DNA from: Octopus sinensis
Lineage: Eukaryota
Length of the DNA: 64,000 nt
Reading direction: 5' to 3'
NCBI RefSeq assembly: GCF_006345805.1
Contig: NC_042999.1
Coordinates: 21,018,001 to 21,082,000 of the forward strand
The notes below the pieces were generated by a model. That model worked only from the letters and a program-made list of their open reading frames with translations, made no database searches and was not told where the DNA came from. The position numbers and the translations under genes are program-made. Positions 52,130-64,000 of the stretch are shown one piece after another. Position 1 is the first letter of the stretch; every line of letters starts with the position of its first letter.

Positions 52130-52701
52130 AACTTGCCGTCATAACAACAAATTGTTATCGTCAGAACTGCCGACTAAGACATTTCATAATAATGTTTACT
52201 AATCTATATCGACCGTTACATATATATTTCAGCCCCTTCTAGTTGTGAACATGTACTTGAACCCGATTTAGTCATGAAAAGCACACAAAATGCTCAAGAA
52301 TCCCTACAAATGTTAGATATCAAAGTCTTTGCTGAAATTTTATGCCAATTCCTGCACAAATAATGTTGTGAAATCTGTATAATAAAGACAAAAATTCTTC
52401 TTTATAGTTAAGTGATTCTTCAGCTCAGGTTAGCTGTTGAGACTCCATTGAACTCAAGTTAGACCCAGATAAGAATATCGCTCTCATATATCTGCTGGTG
52501 CTGTTACAATGCAAACACCAGTGATAGAATTTAAATGAAAACCATTCAATGAATTCTCAAAGAGACATTGATTTCCTTTCTCAGCTGCTTCTGTGCAATT
52601 ACAATGACCTTTGACCTCTGAATTAAACATCCGCATATCCTCCATTCTAATGCTTGCAGAACTCACCATCCTTACTCTTCTGTTCTTCCTAGATACGGAA
52701 A

Positions 52702-53264
52702 TATTCGGTTGTTCAGAAAATAATGGCCCATTTTAAAAATAAGCCTATATTCTAGGAAAACTAAACTTGAAAATCTATACATTTCTCCCATCCGTTAACA
52801 AGGTCCTTTATGCCTCTTTGATAAAAATCCAAAGGTTTTGATGCCAAGAAATCCTTGAATTCAGTTTTGACCTTGGTTTTGGAATGGAAGGCTTTTTGCT
52901 TTAAAAATGTGTCGTGATGCTTGAAAAAGTGGTAGTTGATAAAAGAATATGGTGAAAAATAAGGAGAATATTGAGGATGCGGTAACACCCCAACCATGCT
53001 CTGTTGATATTGGTCCATCAGTGTTGCTGTGCTTGGCTCCTATTGGTGAAGAAGTTTTCATTCTGTTGGTCAAACAAGTTATCAGCAGTAAGTATGACAC
53101 CATCACCACTGCAATACTTTTCATGTTGGGGAGCAGTTGATAGTTTGGGAAGCATTATGCCCAAACTTGAATTCATGCAAAAGAAGTAAATGCATCTTTT
53201 CTTTTTTCATGTTTGAAATTAAGAAATTCTATTCTTCAAAATCATATTCTGAAAGAACCCAATA
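52702..53264 (-). mobile_element. Mariner element, internally deleted
   Basis: N-terminus 'LLLHEFKFGHNASQTIN' and C-terminus 'LPHPQYSP...YHFFKHHDTFLKQK..FLASKPLDFYQRGIKDLVNGWEKCID'. Degenerate TIRs. Confidence 0.75.
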
Positions 53265-53314
53265 AAAATTTATGAAAGAGTGCATATTAATGATTAAGTA
53301 TATAAAATGAAGCT

Positions 53315-53680
53315 AGCATGCTCCGCCTAATGGGTAATGTCAGTGTGCATGCATGACAGAGGGTAAAACTGGAATAAGAGGCATCAGGTGTTGTGTGCAA
53401 GAGAGAAGACTATGCTGGTTTGGTCATGTGATGCGTAGGGATGAGGACAGCTGTTTAAAGAGTGCCTATTTGTAACTGCGGAGGGAACGTGAAGAAGGGG
53501 TAGACCCAGGAAGACATGGGACAAAGTGGTGAGAAAGGATCTTCAGATGTTGGGCCTCACTGAGGAAATGACAAGGGACTGGGAGATGTGACAATTTGAT
53601 GTACTTGAGAAGGCATGTCAAGCTGAGTAAAATCATGGTCATCTATACATACAGGCTTGTCCTTTGCAGATACCAGGACC
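53315..53680 (+). mobile_element. RTE (BovB-like) LINE 3' fragment
   Basis: 'GIRGIRCCVQERRLCWFGHVMRRDEDS' and, after a frameshift, 'RPRKTWDKVVRKDLQMLGLTEEMT'. Confidence 0.8.
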
Positions 53681-53724
53681 ACATAAAATGCGCTTGTGCT
53701 GTGGTGCCACATAAAATGCATTCA

Positions 53725-53885
53725 TGCAGGAGTGGCTGTGTGGTAAGTAGCTTGCTTACCAGCCACATGGTTCCAGGTTCAGTCCCACTGCATGGCATCT
53801 TGAGCAAGTGTCTTCTACTATAGCCTCTTGCTGACCAAGGCCTTGTGAGTGGATTTGGTAGATGGAAACTGAAAAGAAGCCCGTC
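53725..53885 (+). mobile_element. SINE-B 5' half
   Basis: gcaggagtggctgtgtgg...ggaaactgaaaagaagcccgtc. Confidence 0.8.
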
Positions 53886-54201
53886 ATGGGAGCTGTGCTG
53901 TTTTCTGACTTTGTAAACATGTCCACGGGTGTTAGATGGGTGGAGTTTGAAAAGGTGCTCAGAGTTATTGTTTGTTTGATGGTTAATAATTTTATGGTAT
54001 GTACCACAATATTCATTTGTCATCTTATTTGTTTTGTAAAGAATTTGGTTTATTGCCTCAATTACAACAGCCGATACTCTTTGATAAAAACCAAACTATT
54101 ATTTATTGTTTCTTCATCTTTCTCATATGTGGTCCTCCTGCCTTTATTTTTAAGTGATTGTGATGTTCTATGTTACTACCCTTTTCTTTTTTATTAAAGA
54201 A

Positions 54202-54580
54202 CTAGCAGTATCGCCCGGCGTTGCTCAGGTTTGTAAGGGAAATAACTATAAAGCATTTTTAGAGAGTTATAGCCAAAAAATAGCAAAAAAATGGAAAAGA
54301 AATGGTAAATTTTTTTGAGAGTTAAAAAGGTGGAGTTTCGTCCCCTAGACGGTCTGTGGTTTGGGTTTCTGATTCTCGACCCCATGTCGAATTTATCGAT
54401 TTTTTTCAGAACAGGGGGAACTTTTCAAAATTTTCGCTGCGTTAGTTTTGAATTATGACATTGGGCTATGTGTGTGTCAAGTTTCATCAGAATCGGTTGA
54501 AAGCCGTGGTCAGAGTGAGGGTACGAGAAAACAGACACACAGAAAACGCACAGACAAACTGCCGTTTATATAGAGAGAGA
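54202..54580 (-). mobile_element. Non-autonomous Helitron, second copy
   Basis: Same A|TC...CTAG|T ends and near-identical body to 29470-29838. Confidence 0.85.
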
Positions 54581-54606
54581 TTAAAACATTTCTGTACAGG
54601 GTTAAT

Positions 54607-54918
54607 GGAGGCGCACTGGCCCAGTGGTTAGGGCAGCAGATTTGCGGTCGGAGGATCGCAGTTTCGATTTCCAGACCGGGCGTTGTGTGTGTGTTTATTG
54701 AACGAAAACATCTAAAAGCTCCACGAGGCTCTGGCAGGGGGGTCTCGCGACCCCTGTTGTACTCTTTCGCTCCAACTTTCTCTCACTCTTTCTTCCTGTT
54801 TCTTGAGTAACTCTGTGATGGACTGGCGTCCCTTCCAGCTGGGGGGAACAAATACGCCATGGAAAATGGGAAACTAGGCCCATGAGCCTGGCTAGGCTTG
54901 AAAAGGGCGCATAAAAAA
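54607..54918 (+). mobile_element. SINE with a SINE-C head and an alternative tail
   Basis: 11-bp TSD acagggttaat at 54596-54606 and 54919-54929. It diverges from 8532-8924 after cttcctgtttc. Confidence 0.8.
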
Positions 54919-54959
54919 ACAGGGTTAATACACCCTAATAGGCTGGTTTTCACATACAT

Positions 54960-55500
54960 CATCACCCTTCATTCCTCTTTAATCTTCTGCTAATTGACAT
55001 CATCTACATGCAATGTAGATACCTCATAGCTGACATTCATTGCTTCCAGGATCAGAAATATTGAGAAGATCTTTCAATGGGAAGATGACAATGTAATTTC
55101 TTTTAGAAGCATATAGAAACATTCACTATCCATGTAAAAGAAGCAGTCTTCAGGTACTTCACGTACTTCAGCATGGTCAATTTAAGAACAAGTACCTTGA
55201 CCCCCTGAAACACCAAAAAGTACCTCATACCTTAAGACATGAACATGTGAACCTCTCTGTCACTCCACTGCCATAGACATATATGTAGTGGATTTTGCAA
55301 GCATGAAGTGGATTCGATCCACCACAGTCAAATTTAAATCAACACTGCTACAGAACTTTTCCCACGGAGGAACAATGGTTTTTCTCTGGCAGCAGTTTTA
55401 CATTTTCCAGATGCCTTTAGCTAGGCTGAAATAATGTCTTCACCACTTGACCCTTTCTAACCTCTTCTACTTCACCAAAAGCTAAAATAGAGATAACAAG
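54960..55500 (-). mobile_element. Decayed RTE-type reverse transcriptase fragment
   Basis: Frameshifted 'KPLFL' and 'FLILEAMNVSYEVSTLHVDD' resemble KPLYLAF and LLYADD in RTE RT. Confidence 0.4.
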
Positions 55501-55583
55501 ACCACCAAATATTTCAACACTAATGAACCAACTCTTCTTGCAACACCAGTTTACGTAAAATTCGAAGTGAAAACTTACGTAAC

Positions 55584-55744
55584 AGGCACAAGAGTGGCTG
55601 TGTGGTAAGTAGCATCCTTACCAACCACATGGTTCTGGGTTCAGTCCCACTGCGTGGCAACTTGAGCAAGTGTCTTCTAGTATAGCCTCAGGCTGACCAA
55701 TGCCTTGTGAGTGGATTTGGTACGGAAACTGAAAGAAGCTCGTC

Positions 55745-55801
<57 letters not shown>

Positions 55802-56092
55802 TATATGTGTGTGTGTGGTGTGTGTGTGTGTGTGCATGTGTGTGTTTGTGTGTGTGTGTGCATGTGTGTGTTTGTGTGTATATGCTTGTGTTTCTGTATT
55901 TGACCCCCAACATCGCTTGACAACCGATGCTGGTATGTTTACGTCCTCGTAAGATTAGCGGTTGGGCAAAAGAGACCGATAAAATAAATGCTAGGCTTAC
56001 AAAGAATAAGTCCTGGGGTCGATTTCTTCGACTAAAAGGCGCTGCTCTATCATGGCCACAGTCAAATGCCTGAAACAAGTAAAAGAGTAGAG
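55584..56092 (+). mobile_element. SINE-B, full length, with an expanded internal (TA)n(TG)n
   Basis: End-to-end match; the internal tract is about 150 bp. Confidence 0.85.
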
Positions 56093-56819
56093 TCCATAAA
56101 GAGTCTGTTTGCATTATGCTTGATTTTGGACCCGTAGTTGGGTCTCGTTGGTGCTCCAAGTTGTATATAGTTCGTTATTTGTTGTAGGTGGTACTAATAT
56201 GCGTGTTTACAAGTGTGTTGCTAAGAGTATGAGATATATTTCTCTCTTATAATTGTGTAGTTATGTGCATGTAGGATATGTGTGCGCATGCATATATACT
56301 TGTGCGAGCAATACGATTAATTTGCTTGTTAATGTAAGATGAAAATAAAACTTAAATGAAATTCAATAAAATTATGTCGATTGCATCTCGGGCTTCAATG
56401 TCGAAATAGTTATGTAATTTGTTAAAAGAGTACATACAATACATGTATGTGCTGGAGTGTGCATGCGCCTTGTAAGTTACCAGTTTGTCATATGGCAGTG
56501 TGTCGATATGATTAGAGATAAAGCAACGTGCATGCCAATGGATATTGTACAATAGTTCTTAAGCGTATAATCACGCACACTTCACTAGTTTCAGTTGCAT
56601 AGATTGATATTTTGCTTAGCTTAGTTTATGCGTAAAAAAATTTTGTGCGTCCCTTTGCTTATTGTTTATCGTGTTTGTGCATGCATGTTTTGTGTGTGTG
56701 TGTGTGTGTGTGTGTTGTTATTGTTATTTTCTGACTTGTATTTATTTCTAAATGTGATTTGATGGTGTGGGTGTAAATATGTAAGAATTTGCTTGTCGTT
56801 GTTTATGTGAATTGCTATA

Positions 56820-57259
56820 TCTATTTTATAAAATCCGTTCTGTCTCTCTGTCTGTGTGTGTGTCCTCTAGGATCTCGAGCATCCTCCATCCGATTGCATT
56901 CAAATTTGATATCTAGATACCGACCGTATCGGAGCGTGTATAAGTCTTCAAAAAATCGATTCCAGGTGAGAATGCGATCGATAAAGCCGTGAGAACGTGC
57001 ATTTATACGCGCAAGTACGTCAGCTCTTGCGATGTACTTACTGGTACTGTAAACTCTTCGGTTGCATATTTGTGTAAATAAAATCGTTTTTCTTTGGAAT
57101 AGAAAAAAAGTTTATCTTTATTTCTTCTTTTGCTGGTGTCTCAAATTTAGGTTAAATCAGCGTTTTTCAAACGGTCGGACAAGTTATTTTGAGAAAATTT
57201 GGTTTAAATATTTGACAACCCAGCACCGTCCATTGGACGGGGGGCGTTTTGATCTTTAG
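56820..57259 (+). mobile_element. Non-autonomous Helitron of a different family
   Basis: A|TCTATTTTATAAAATCC..ctgtctctctgtctgtgtg start, hairpin ccgtcc-att-ggacgg at 57226-57240, and end TTAG|T (one change from CTAG). Confidence 0.6.
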
Positions 57260-57504
57260 TATATATGCGTGTTTCTGAATGTGATTATGTATAAAACTGT
57301 TGGTACGTTGTTGTGTGTTTGTAATTTAACCTGTTAGATTATGTGCGTGCGTTGTTTCATTTTTAACAAAGTATATTTGCCATTTGTCGTCATATTTAAT
57401 TCATATATGGCTTTCGGAATGCGCTTGCATCTATGTGAAGGCTGTCTTTGCGTGTGTATGACATGGTTATAAAGAGCGTGTGCTTGTAGTTTCTGTGTAA
57501 ATAT

Positions 57505-57891
57505 GTTTTACTCTTTCACTTGACAGCAGCCATGCTGGAGCACCGCCTTTTGTCGAGCAAATCGACCCCAGGAATTATTCTTTGTAAGCTTACTACTTAT
57601 TCTTTCGGTCTCTTTTGCCGAACTGCTAAGTTACAGGGACACAAACACACCAGCATCGGTTGTCAAGCGATGATAGGGGGACAAACACAGACACACAAAA
57701 ACATACATACAGACATACCTATACATATATACAACGGGATTCTTTCAGTTTCCGTCTACCAGATCCAGTTACAAAGCATTGGTCGGCCCGTGGCTATAGT
57801 AGAAGACACTTGCCCAAGGTTTTACGCAGTGGGACTGAACCCGGAATCATGTAGTTGGAAAGCAAGCTACTCACTACACAGCCACTCCTGT
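57505..57891 (-). mobile_element. SINE-B
   Basis: Match to the other copies. Confidence 0.8.
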
Positions 57892-58854
57892 TTTATATAA
57901 TGTTAATATTTATATATGTGACTTTAATAGTGTCTATTGGTTTATTTATGGCAGATGAACCTCGTGCTATTCCCAAGTCGATTTGGTGGTTCATATGTCG
58001 TAAAACTCGAAAAGAAGGAACAAGCCATTGATGGATACCGTATATAGGGACGTAGATGCAAGCAGATGTACTTTGTAGTCTGGAGTATAATGTCTGCGTT
58101 TTCAAAAGTATGTATGCATGTACATAGATGTATATATTGCTTAGCTTGCTCTATGTGAATTTGTATGTGGGTATTGTAATATAGAAATTCGAGCCTTATA
58201 CTTACTGTAAATATTTTGTCAGTGTGGCAGAGTACATATATATGATACTCAGTGTTTATCAATAAAAGATACGTAAACGACAAAAGAACGTCATAGTACT
58301 TTGTTATTATATGTATATACATATAGCAGATACAGTGGGATGAACGTGTAGAACTGGGAAGTTATTCTTAATAGGTGAACATTCATACAAACTGAAGCTC
58401 AGGTACATGCAATGAATATGGATCAGGTGTAATATATTTCAATATCTAAAAAGATTGTTTATATGTTTATTTGTATTATACGTCTTTAAAAATTGCATGC
58501 ACCATGTATAGTCGAAACGCACGTAACTAAGGAATTAATGTAGTATTATAAACTCCATTTTTGTTGTGATAAATCTAAGTAATATATTTATCTGCTTGTC
58601 TGTCTCTCTCTCTCTCTCATTCTCTCTCACTCTAGCTCTTTGCATATACACACACACACACTCTCACACACACAAATGTCGGTCAGCTCTGAATGACTCT
58701 CACTAGACACAACAAAATTTGTTTCAAAACACCAATTCACATATGAATCTTGCAAACCAGATACAAACACACATACACACACACATATGTTCTAAGTTTC
58801 GTAAACGCTAACCATGTGGAAGACATGGGAATGGAGAAAATGTAGCTAAATTTA

Positions 58855-58958
58855 TTCTATTGGTCCCTGTTGCCGAACCGCTAGGTTACGGGACATAAGC
58901 ATACCAACATCGGTTGTCAAGCGATAGTGGGGGGACAAACAGACACAAACATATACGC

Positions 58959-59011
<53 letters not shown>

Positions 59012-59279
59012 CATGCACAACAGACATGTAAGCACACACACACATACATGTATGCACACATCCCCACACACACCTATATATACATGCATAACAAACATGT
59101 ACACACACACACACATATATATATATACGACAGAGGTCTTTTATTTTCATTCTACCAGATCCATCCACAAGGCTTTGGTCGGCCCGAGGCTATAGTAGAA
59201 GACATTTGCCCAAGTGCCCCGCTGTGTGAGTGAACCCGGAACCATGTGGTCGGTAAGCAAGCTACTTACTACACAGCCT
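58855..59279 (-). mobile_element. SINE-B, 3'-shortened
   Basis: Match to the other copies, with a long internal (CA)n mosaic. Confidence 0.8.
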
Positions 59280-59977
59280 AAGTTAACCCTCTTTTCCATA
59301 TTTCTTTTTTTTTTCTTCCATTCTTTCCTCGTTAAATATTAACTTACCATTAATGATACTTAGATAAATTATACGCAACTTGTTTTAAAATATGACGAAG
59401 AGACTCTTTTACTTATTTAACACGAAATAAATTTATGGGGTGACAATCTCTTTACTATAATAAACAAGTCTGTATATTAAATATATTTTTATTTATTTAT
59501 CTATTTATTGATTATCTTATTTGTATTTTTATTTTCATCGGACCCTGTTAGAACATAATTAAACTGTTGAGTTTGAATCTAAGTAGTAATATATTTTTGC
59601 ACAAATATAAGTTCCTATACATATATTTAGGTTCTTGTATATTTTTATATATTCATATCATTATTTACATGTGATTTCTTCACAGATGCCGACATATAAT
59701 TATTAGTATTAGCGTGTAAATCTATGTAGGTATATGCGTAAGATGTGATTATTGCTGTGACCGTTATTTTCTATTCTTTATATATTTTTGTGTATTTCTA
59801 TACGTATAAATATTTGAATGTATTTATATATGCATTCAAGTGTTTATATATTTTTACCTATTTACCTATTTTATTTTTTTATTTTTACTTACATATTTAT
59901 AACCCCATATTATTTTTATACTTTTTAATGATGTCTATATAGAGTTGTTTTCGTTTTTTTTATATGTATGAATATGT

Positions 59978-60340
59978 ATTCTGTTTCAGTCATTTGACTG
60001 TGGCCATACTGGAGCACCGCCTTTAGTCGAGCAAATCGACGCCAGGACTTATTCTTTGCAAGCCTAGTGCTTATTCTATCAGACTATTGCCGAACGGCTA
60101 AGTAACGGGGACGTAAACACACGAACTTCGGCTGCCAAGCGATGGTGGGGGCACAAACACTGACACCCCCCACACACATACGCACGCATATATAAATCCG
60201 ACAGGCTTCTTTCAGTTTCCGTCTACCAAATCCACTCACAAGGCTTTGCCTCGGCCCGAGGCTAAAGCTCAAGACACTTGCCCAAGGTGCCACGCAGTGG
60301 GACCGAGCCCGGACCCATGTGCACACAGCCACTCCTGCGC
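59978..60340 (-). mobile_element. SINE-B
   Basis: Match to the other copies, with a small deletion in the head. Confidence 0.8.
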
Positions 60341-61270
60341 TTATAAAGACAGACGAAATAACGAAATATATGTATGCATTGATGTATATATATATATATG
60401 TGTGTGTGTATGAACACTGATGTATTTATGTATAAGTGTGTATATGCGTGCATTAAAAAATAAATGTATATATGTAAGCATGAGTGGTAGATGGAAACTA
60501 AAACAATAAATTGTTGTATATTGCTATTATTTTGGTTTTGATGTATGTATACAATTTCTTTTTCTATGTCCGTATAGAGTTGGTTTCGTTTTTCGTTTTG
60601 TTCATAAGTATCGGTAAATATATGTATGTGAGTAAGTGAATAATGAGGCATATATGTAGATATAGCATATTTATCTTATTCTATTTTTCTTTGGCTAGTT
60701 GTTAGTATGTGGGATATTTCGTTTGCTTTGTATGTATATATTTAAATGGTTAATTTTCGTTGTCCGTATCGATTTGGTTTAATTTTTCATTTTTTCTTTT
60801 CTATACATGGAAAACTATTTATCTCCCCTGCATTCTAATAGTCAGACTCATATTATTTAGATTTGATTTAATATATAAAATAATGTTTCAACAATTAGAT
60901 ATATGTGTGTATGAAGTGTATATGTATGCAAATTGTCATATATATGTATGTGAATAACTAAACTTGTGTATGTGAATATGCATGTGTGTATCCGTACGTG
61001 TGTGTGTGTGTATGTATCACATAAATGATAGGTGTATGCGTGTATGTGTAAGTATATATAAATATGTATATATGAACGTGTGTATTGTGCAATAAACTCG
61101 GTTATAGAACTGAATATTTATAGATTTAAATGTATGAATTTACGTAATTTTAGTTAAATTATTTAATTATTTATGATAAAGCTCGCTCTTATATAGAGTT
61201 TTCGTTAAGGCTTAGGAGTTATAGATATTGTCAAGTGATACTTTTCAAATATTTACGCAGATATGTCTAT

Positions 61271-61353
61271 CTGATGAAGCATCATTACGTATTTAAACCG
61301 ATTTGATTACTCTTGAAAAACCTCGTTGTATTAATGAAGCGGAAATAGCTGTG
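61271..61353 (+). ncRNA. Decayed hammerhead motif
   Basis: CTGATGA at 61271, stem II arms gcatcatta/taatgaagc, then GAAA-TAGCTG-TG. The GUG triplet and poor stem I imply it is inactive. Confidence 0.45.
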
Positions 61354-62389
61354 ATTTATAAGATGTGTCATTTATTTGTAGAAAATGCTTAAACTGAATA
61401 AATTGAAATGAATTTATAAATGTCCAATTCATTGTTTTATCTTCCATTTCTCATATATATATATATATATATATATATGACACTTGCTGGCTTCTGTGAT
61501 GAGCAAGGTTCACAGAATCATGAAGGTACACATGCCGTTGGATTTTGAAAGTTATTGAACGTTTGATTCATGTATTCACCAGATGAACCTGTTTTCTTTC
61601 TAATGATGTAATATTTCTATTCATTAATTACAAATTCGTCCGAAACAGCTGTAGAAAACTGACATATCCATCTGTTGTTATAAAGATAGAGAGAGAGAGA
61701 GAGTTACATACATATGTGGTGTATATACATATATATGTATATATAACATCCATGTGTATATTTATAGTAGGCATATATGTTAGTATGCATATATGTATGT
61801 AATTATATTTGTCTATAAGTGTGTACAGGAATAGTTCAAAATTCCCTAGACAACCTGGCAGAACCTGTACTCCGTAAGTCAAATTCTTGAATTAGTAAAG
61901 TTGATTTATACCAAAGCTGGATTAACATCATGTTATATACTAAAACCTTAATTTTTCAACGTGTTTCCATTATTGTGACAGGCCTTGTATGTCATATCTA
62001 TAAATACATAAGCTGATGTATACTCACACAAATACACGCATTAGTGTCATTTCACATTTGTCGGGATCGAATTAAATTCAATTAATTGATAAGCTACTTA
62101 CCTCTCACTATGTCAAATCAGAATATAACGTTAATCAGTTTACAACTAAACTCTTTCTTTCCTCTTTTTTCTTAGAGGCCAATCATCAAAATTTATAATT
62201 CTTATATCAGTAATAAAATTAATTAAACATTATGTATATTTTATGTTTATTAGAAAATGCAGTAATCTAATTATTTCAAACGTGACAACATAAATTAGAA
62301 TTGATATGATTGGAGGAGTGAGAACATATAACATTCAATTAAATTTAGCAGCAAAATCAATTTTCGTTCAACTGGTGTACATAAACATA

Positions 62390-63000
62390 CATTATATGCA
62401 GATTACGAGCATGAAAGGGGAACAGGTTGTAAGTTTAATGAGAAAAATGGAAAACAAAATGAGCTTAATTGGAACACAATAAAAAGACTATATGTAGTAA
62501 GATCCCCATCCCTTTAAGGCTAGCATTATAGATCATATCCCTAAATTAATGAACAGTTAGTTAGTGTGAAATTCCGTAACCAAAGACAGCAAGATATAAG
62601 GAGAAAAGGAAACACCTGTTAAGGAAGAGATATTATCAGAACACAAGCTAGTGATACACTGGAACAATTAGTGTGCAGTTAGCGTGCAAAATGATACTGA
62701 AAAAGAAAGGCAATATAGAGCAGAAGAAATCAAGTAATGAATGGCATACAGCGTTGCTAATTAGAGGCAAAGACAAAGACATTTTTGAAGACTGAGGATT
62801 TAACACTAAGTGATTCCACATTTGTAGAAAATGAAGAAAAATAATGAGAAATAAAAAAAATTACAATAGAATTGAAACAGCAAGTTTATAAGATGAAATG
62901 CATGGAAAAAGGGGGTTGCACAGTAAATCGGAGAATAAATCGCAGAGACAATGCAAAATAAAATAGAACGTTATGGATATATTGAAATATTGTGTGATCT
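62390..63000 (+). mobile_element. Possible decayed RTE-type LINE endonuclease region
   Basis: Purine-rich stretch with 'EEILSEHKLVI', similar to the xHRLVV motif; heavily interrupted. Confidence 0.25.
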
Positions 63001-63254
63001 TGCTATGAGGAAAATATAAGGCAAATGTGGCGTAGAATAATGAAGTATTTAACTATTTAAATTTTTTCTGAAATATATTCAACATACTGCTTGCAAATTG
63101 TAACTTAATATGTCAGAATCTGTGAGCAGGTTTTTTCTGACCACCGACGGATCATTTAATAATTAATAAATTAAAGGTAAATTTCACCTCATTCATTATA
63201 TGTGGATCCAACTGAGCCATCTGCCTTACTGACTTAAACAGTTATGTATACTAC

Positions 63255-63314
<60 letters not shown>

Positions 63315-64000
63315 TGACCTGCTCGCTTAGCCAGCGGGGTGGCGTCATTTGAAAGCTAAAACAAAGCGAAGCGCATTGTGACCAGCGATGTGTACCAGCA
63401 TCTGATAGCCTGGTCGGTCACGGTGATATATATATTTATATATATATACACGCTTAAATATGCATGCATATATAATCATATAAATATACACTTGTCGAGA
63501 TATATATATATATACATACACACATTCTCTCTCTCTCTCTCCCACACTCACACGTATATATATGATATACTCACTTGCAGAAACTAATATAGACATTAAC
63601 GTCTACGATGAATCTTAATTTCAAATGAAAGCTATCTGAATACTAACTTGCATTATATAACTTGGAAAATGTCTTTAGTATTCATACATAAATAACGTTA
63701 TATTTTAAAATTTCCAATAGACAAAATCAAATAGAAGAAAAGAAAATATCTGAAAGGCTACAATGTATTGTAATAACTATAATTATGAATATTTATTTCA
63801 TTCGCGTGATTTGTCTGCTCAGTTCAACAAAAAAATATTATATATGGTGATGGTTCAGAATGTCTAATGATATCAAACGCTTAAATACAAATGTTGATAT
63901 AATAAATTTTTACTTACATAGAAGTAGCACCTGAGAGTTTTCTTATATTTTTTCACGAAAGTTGAAAAAGAATTATTTATTATTTGTTTCGCTTGAGAAG

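Noticed and set aside
52440-52500. 'RAIFLSGS' resembling a carboxylesterase motif
   Set aside because: An in-frame stop follows within about 12 codons and no GxSxG lies upstream; probably coincidence.
63316-63425. GC-richer 110-bp island between (TA)n tracts
   Set aside because: It looks like an isolated SINE tail, but there is no second copy or head in this window to support a call.

Overview
AT-rich, microsatellite- and transposon-dense eukaryotic DNA. The SINE families and microsatellite load suggest a coleoid cephalopod, probably Octopus (inference, no search run). I cannot support any host protein-coding gene, tRNA or rRNA gene, or CRISPR array. The long ORFs in the track are mostly translations of (TA)n, (TG)n and (TAT/CAT)n tracts; the rest are fragments of decayed elements. 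Recognisable content: about 35 tRNA-headed SINE copies in several families, many with target-site duplications (TSDs); remnants of R4/Dong-, CR1- and RTE-type LINEs; four deleted mariner elements, a Tigger-like element and a Tc1/mariner foldback; three non-autonomous Helitrons; and Penelope-like terminal repeats carrying minimal hammerhead ribozyme motifs. Strongest observations: (1) a hammerhead with an intact catalytic core at 701-744 on the minus strand, plus a near-intact one at the centre of a 375-bp palindrome whose inverted arm stops 4 nt from the predicted cleavage site; (2) repeated local inverted templated copies, including a two-template insertion at 42468-42872; (3) a stack of five R4/Dong 3' ends chained through (TAA)n tracts. 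These are new instances of known element classes, not evidence of a new system. Family names SINE-A to SINE-D are my own labels, and all alignments were done by eye.
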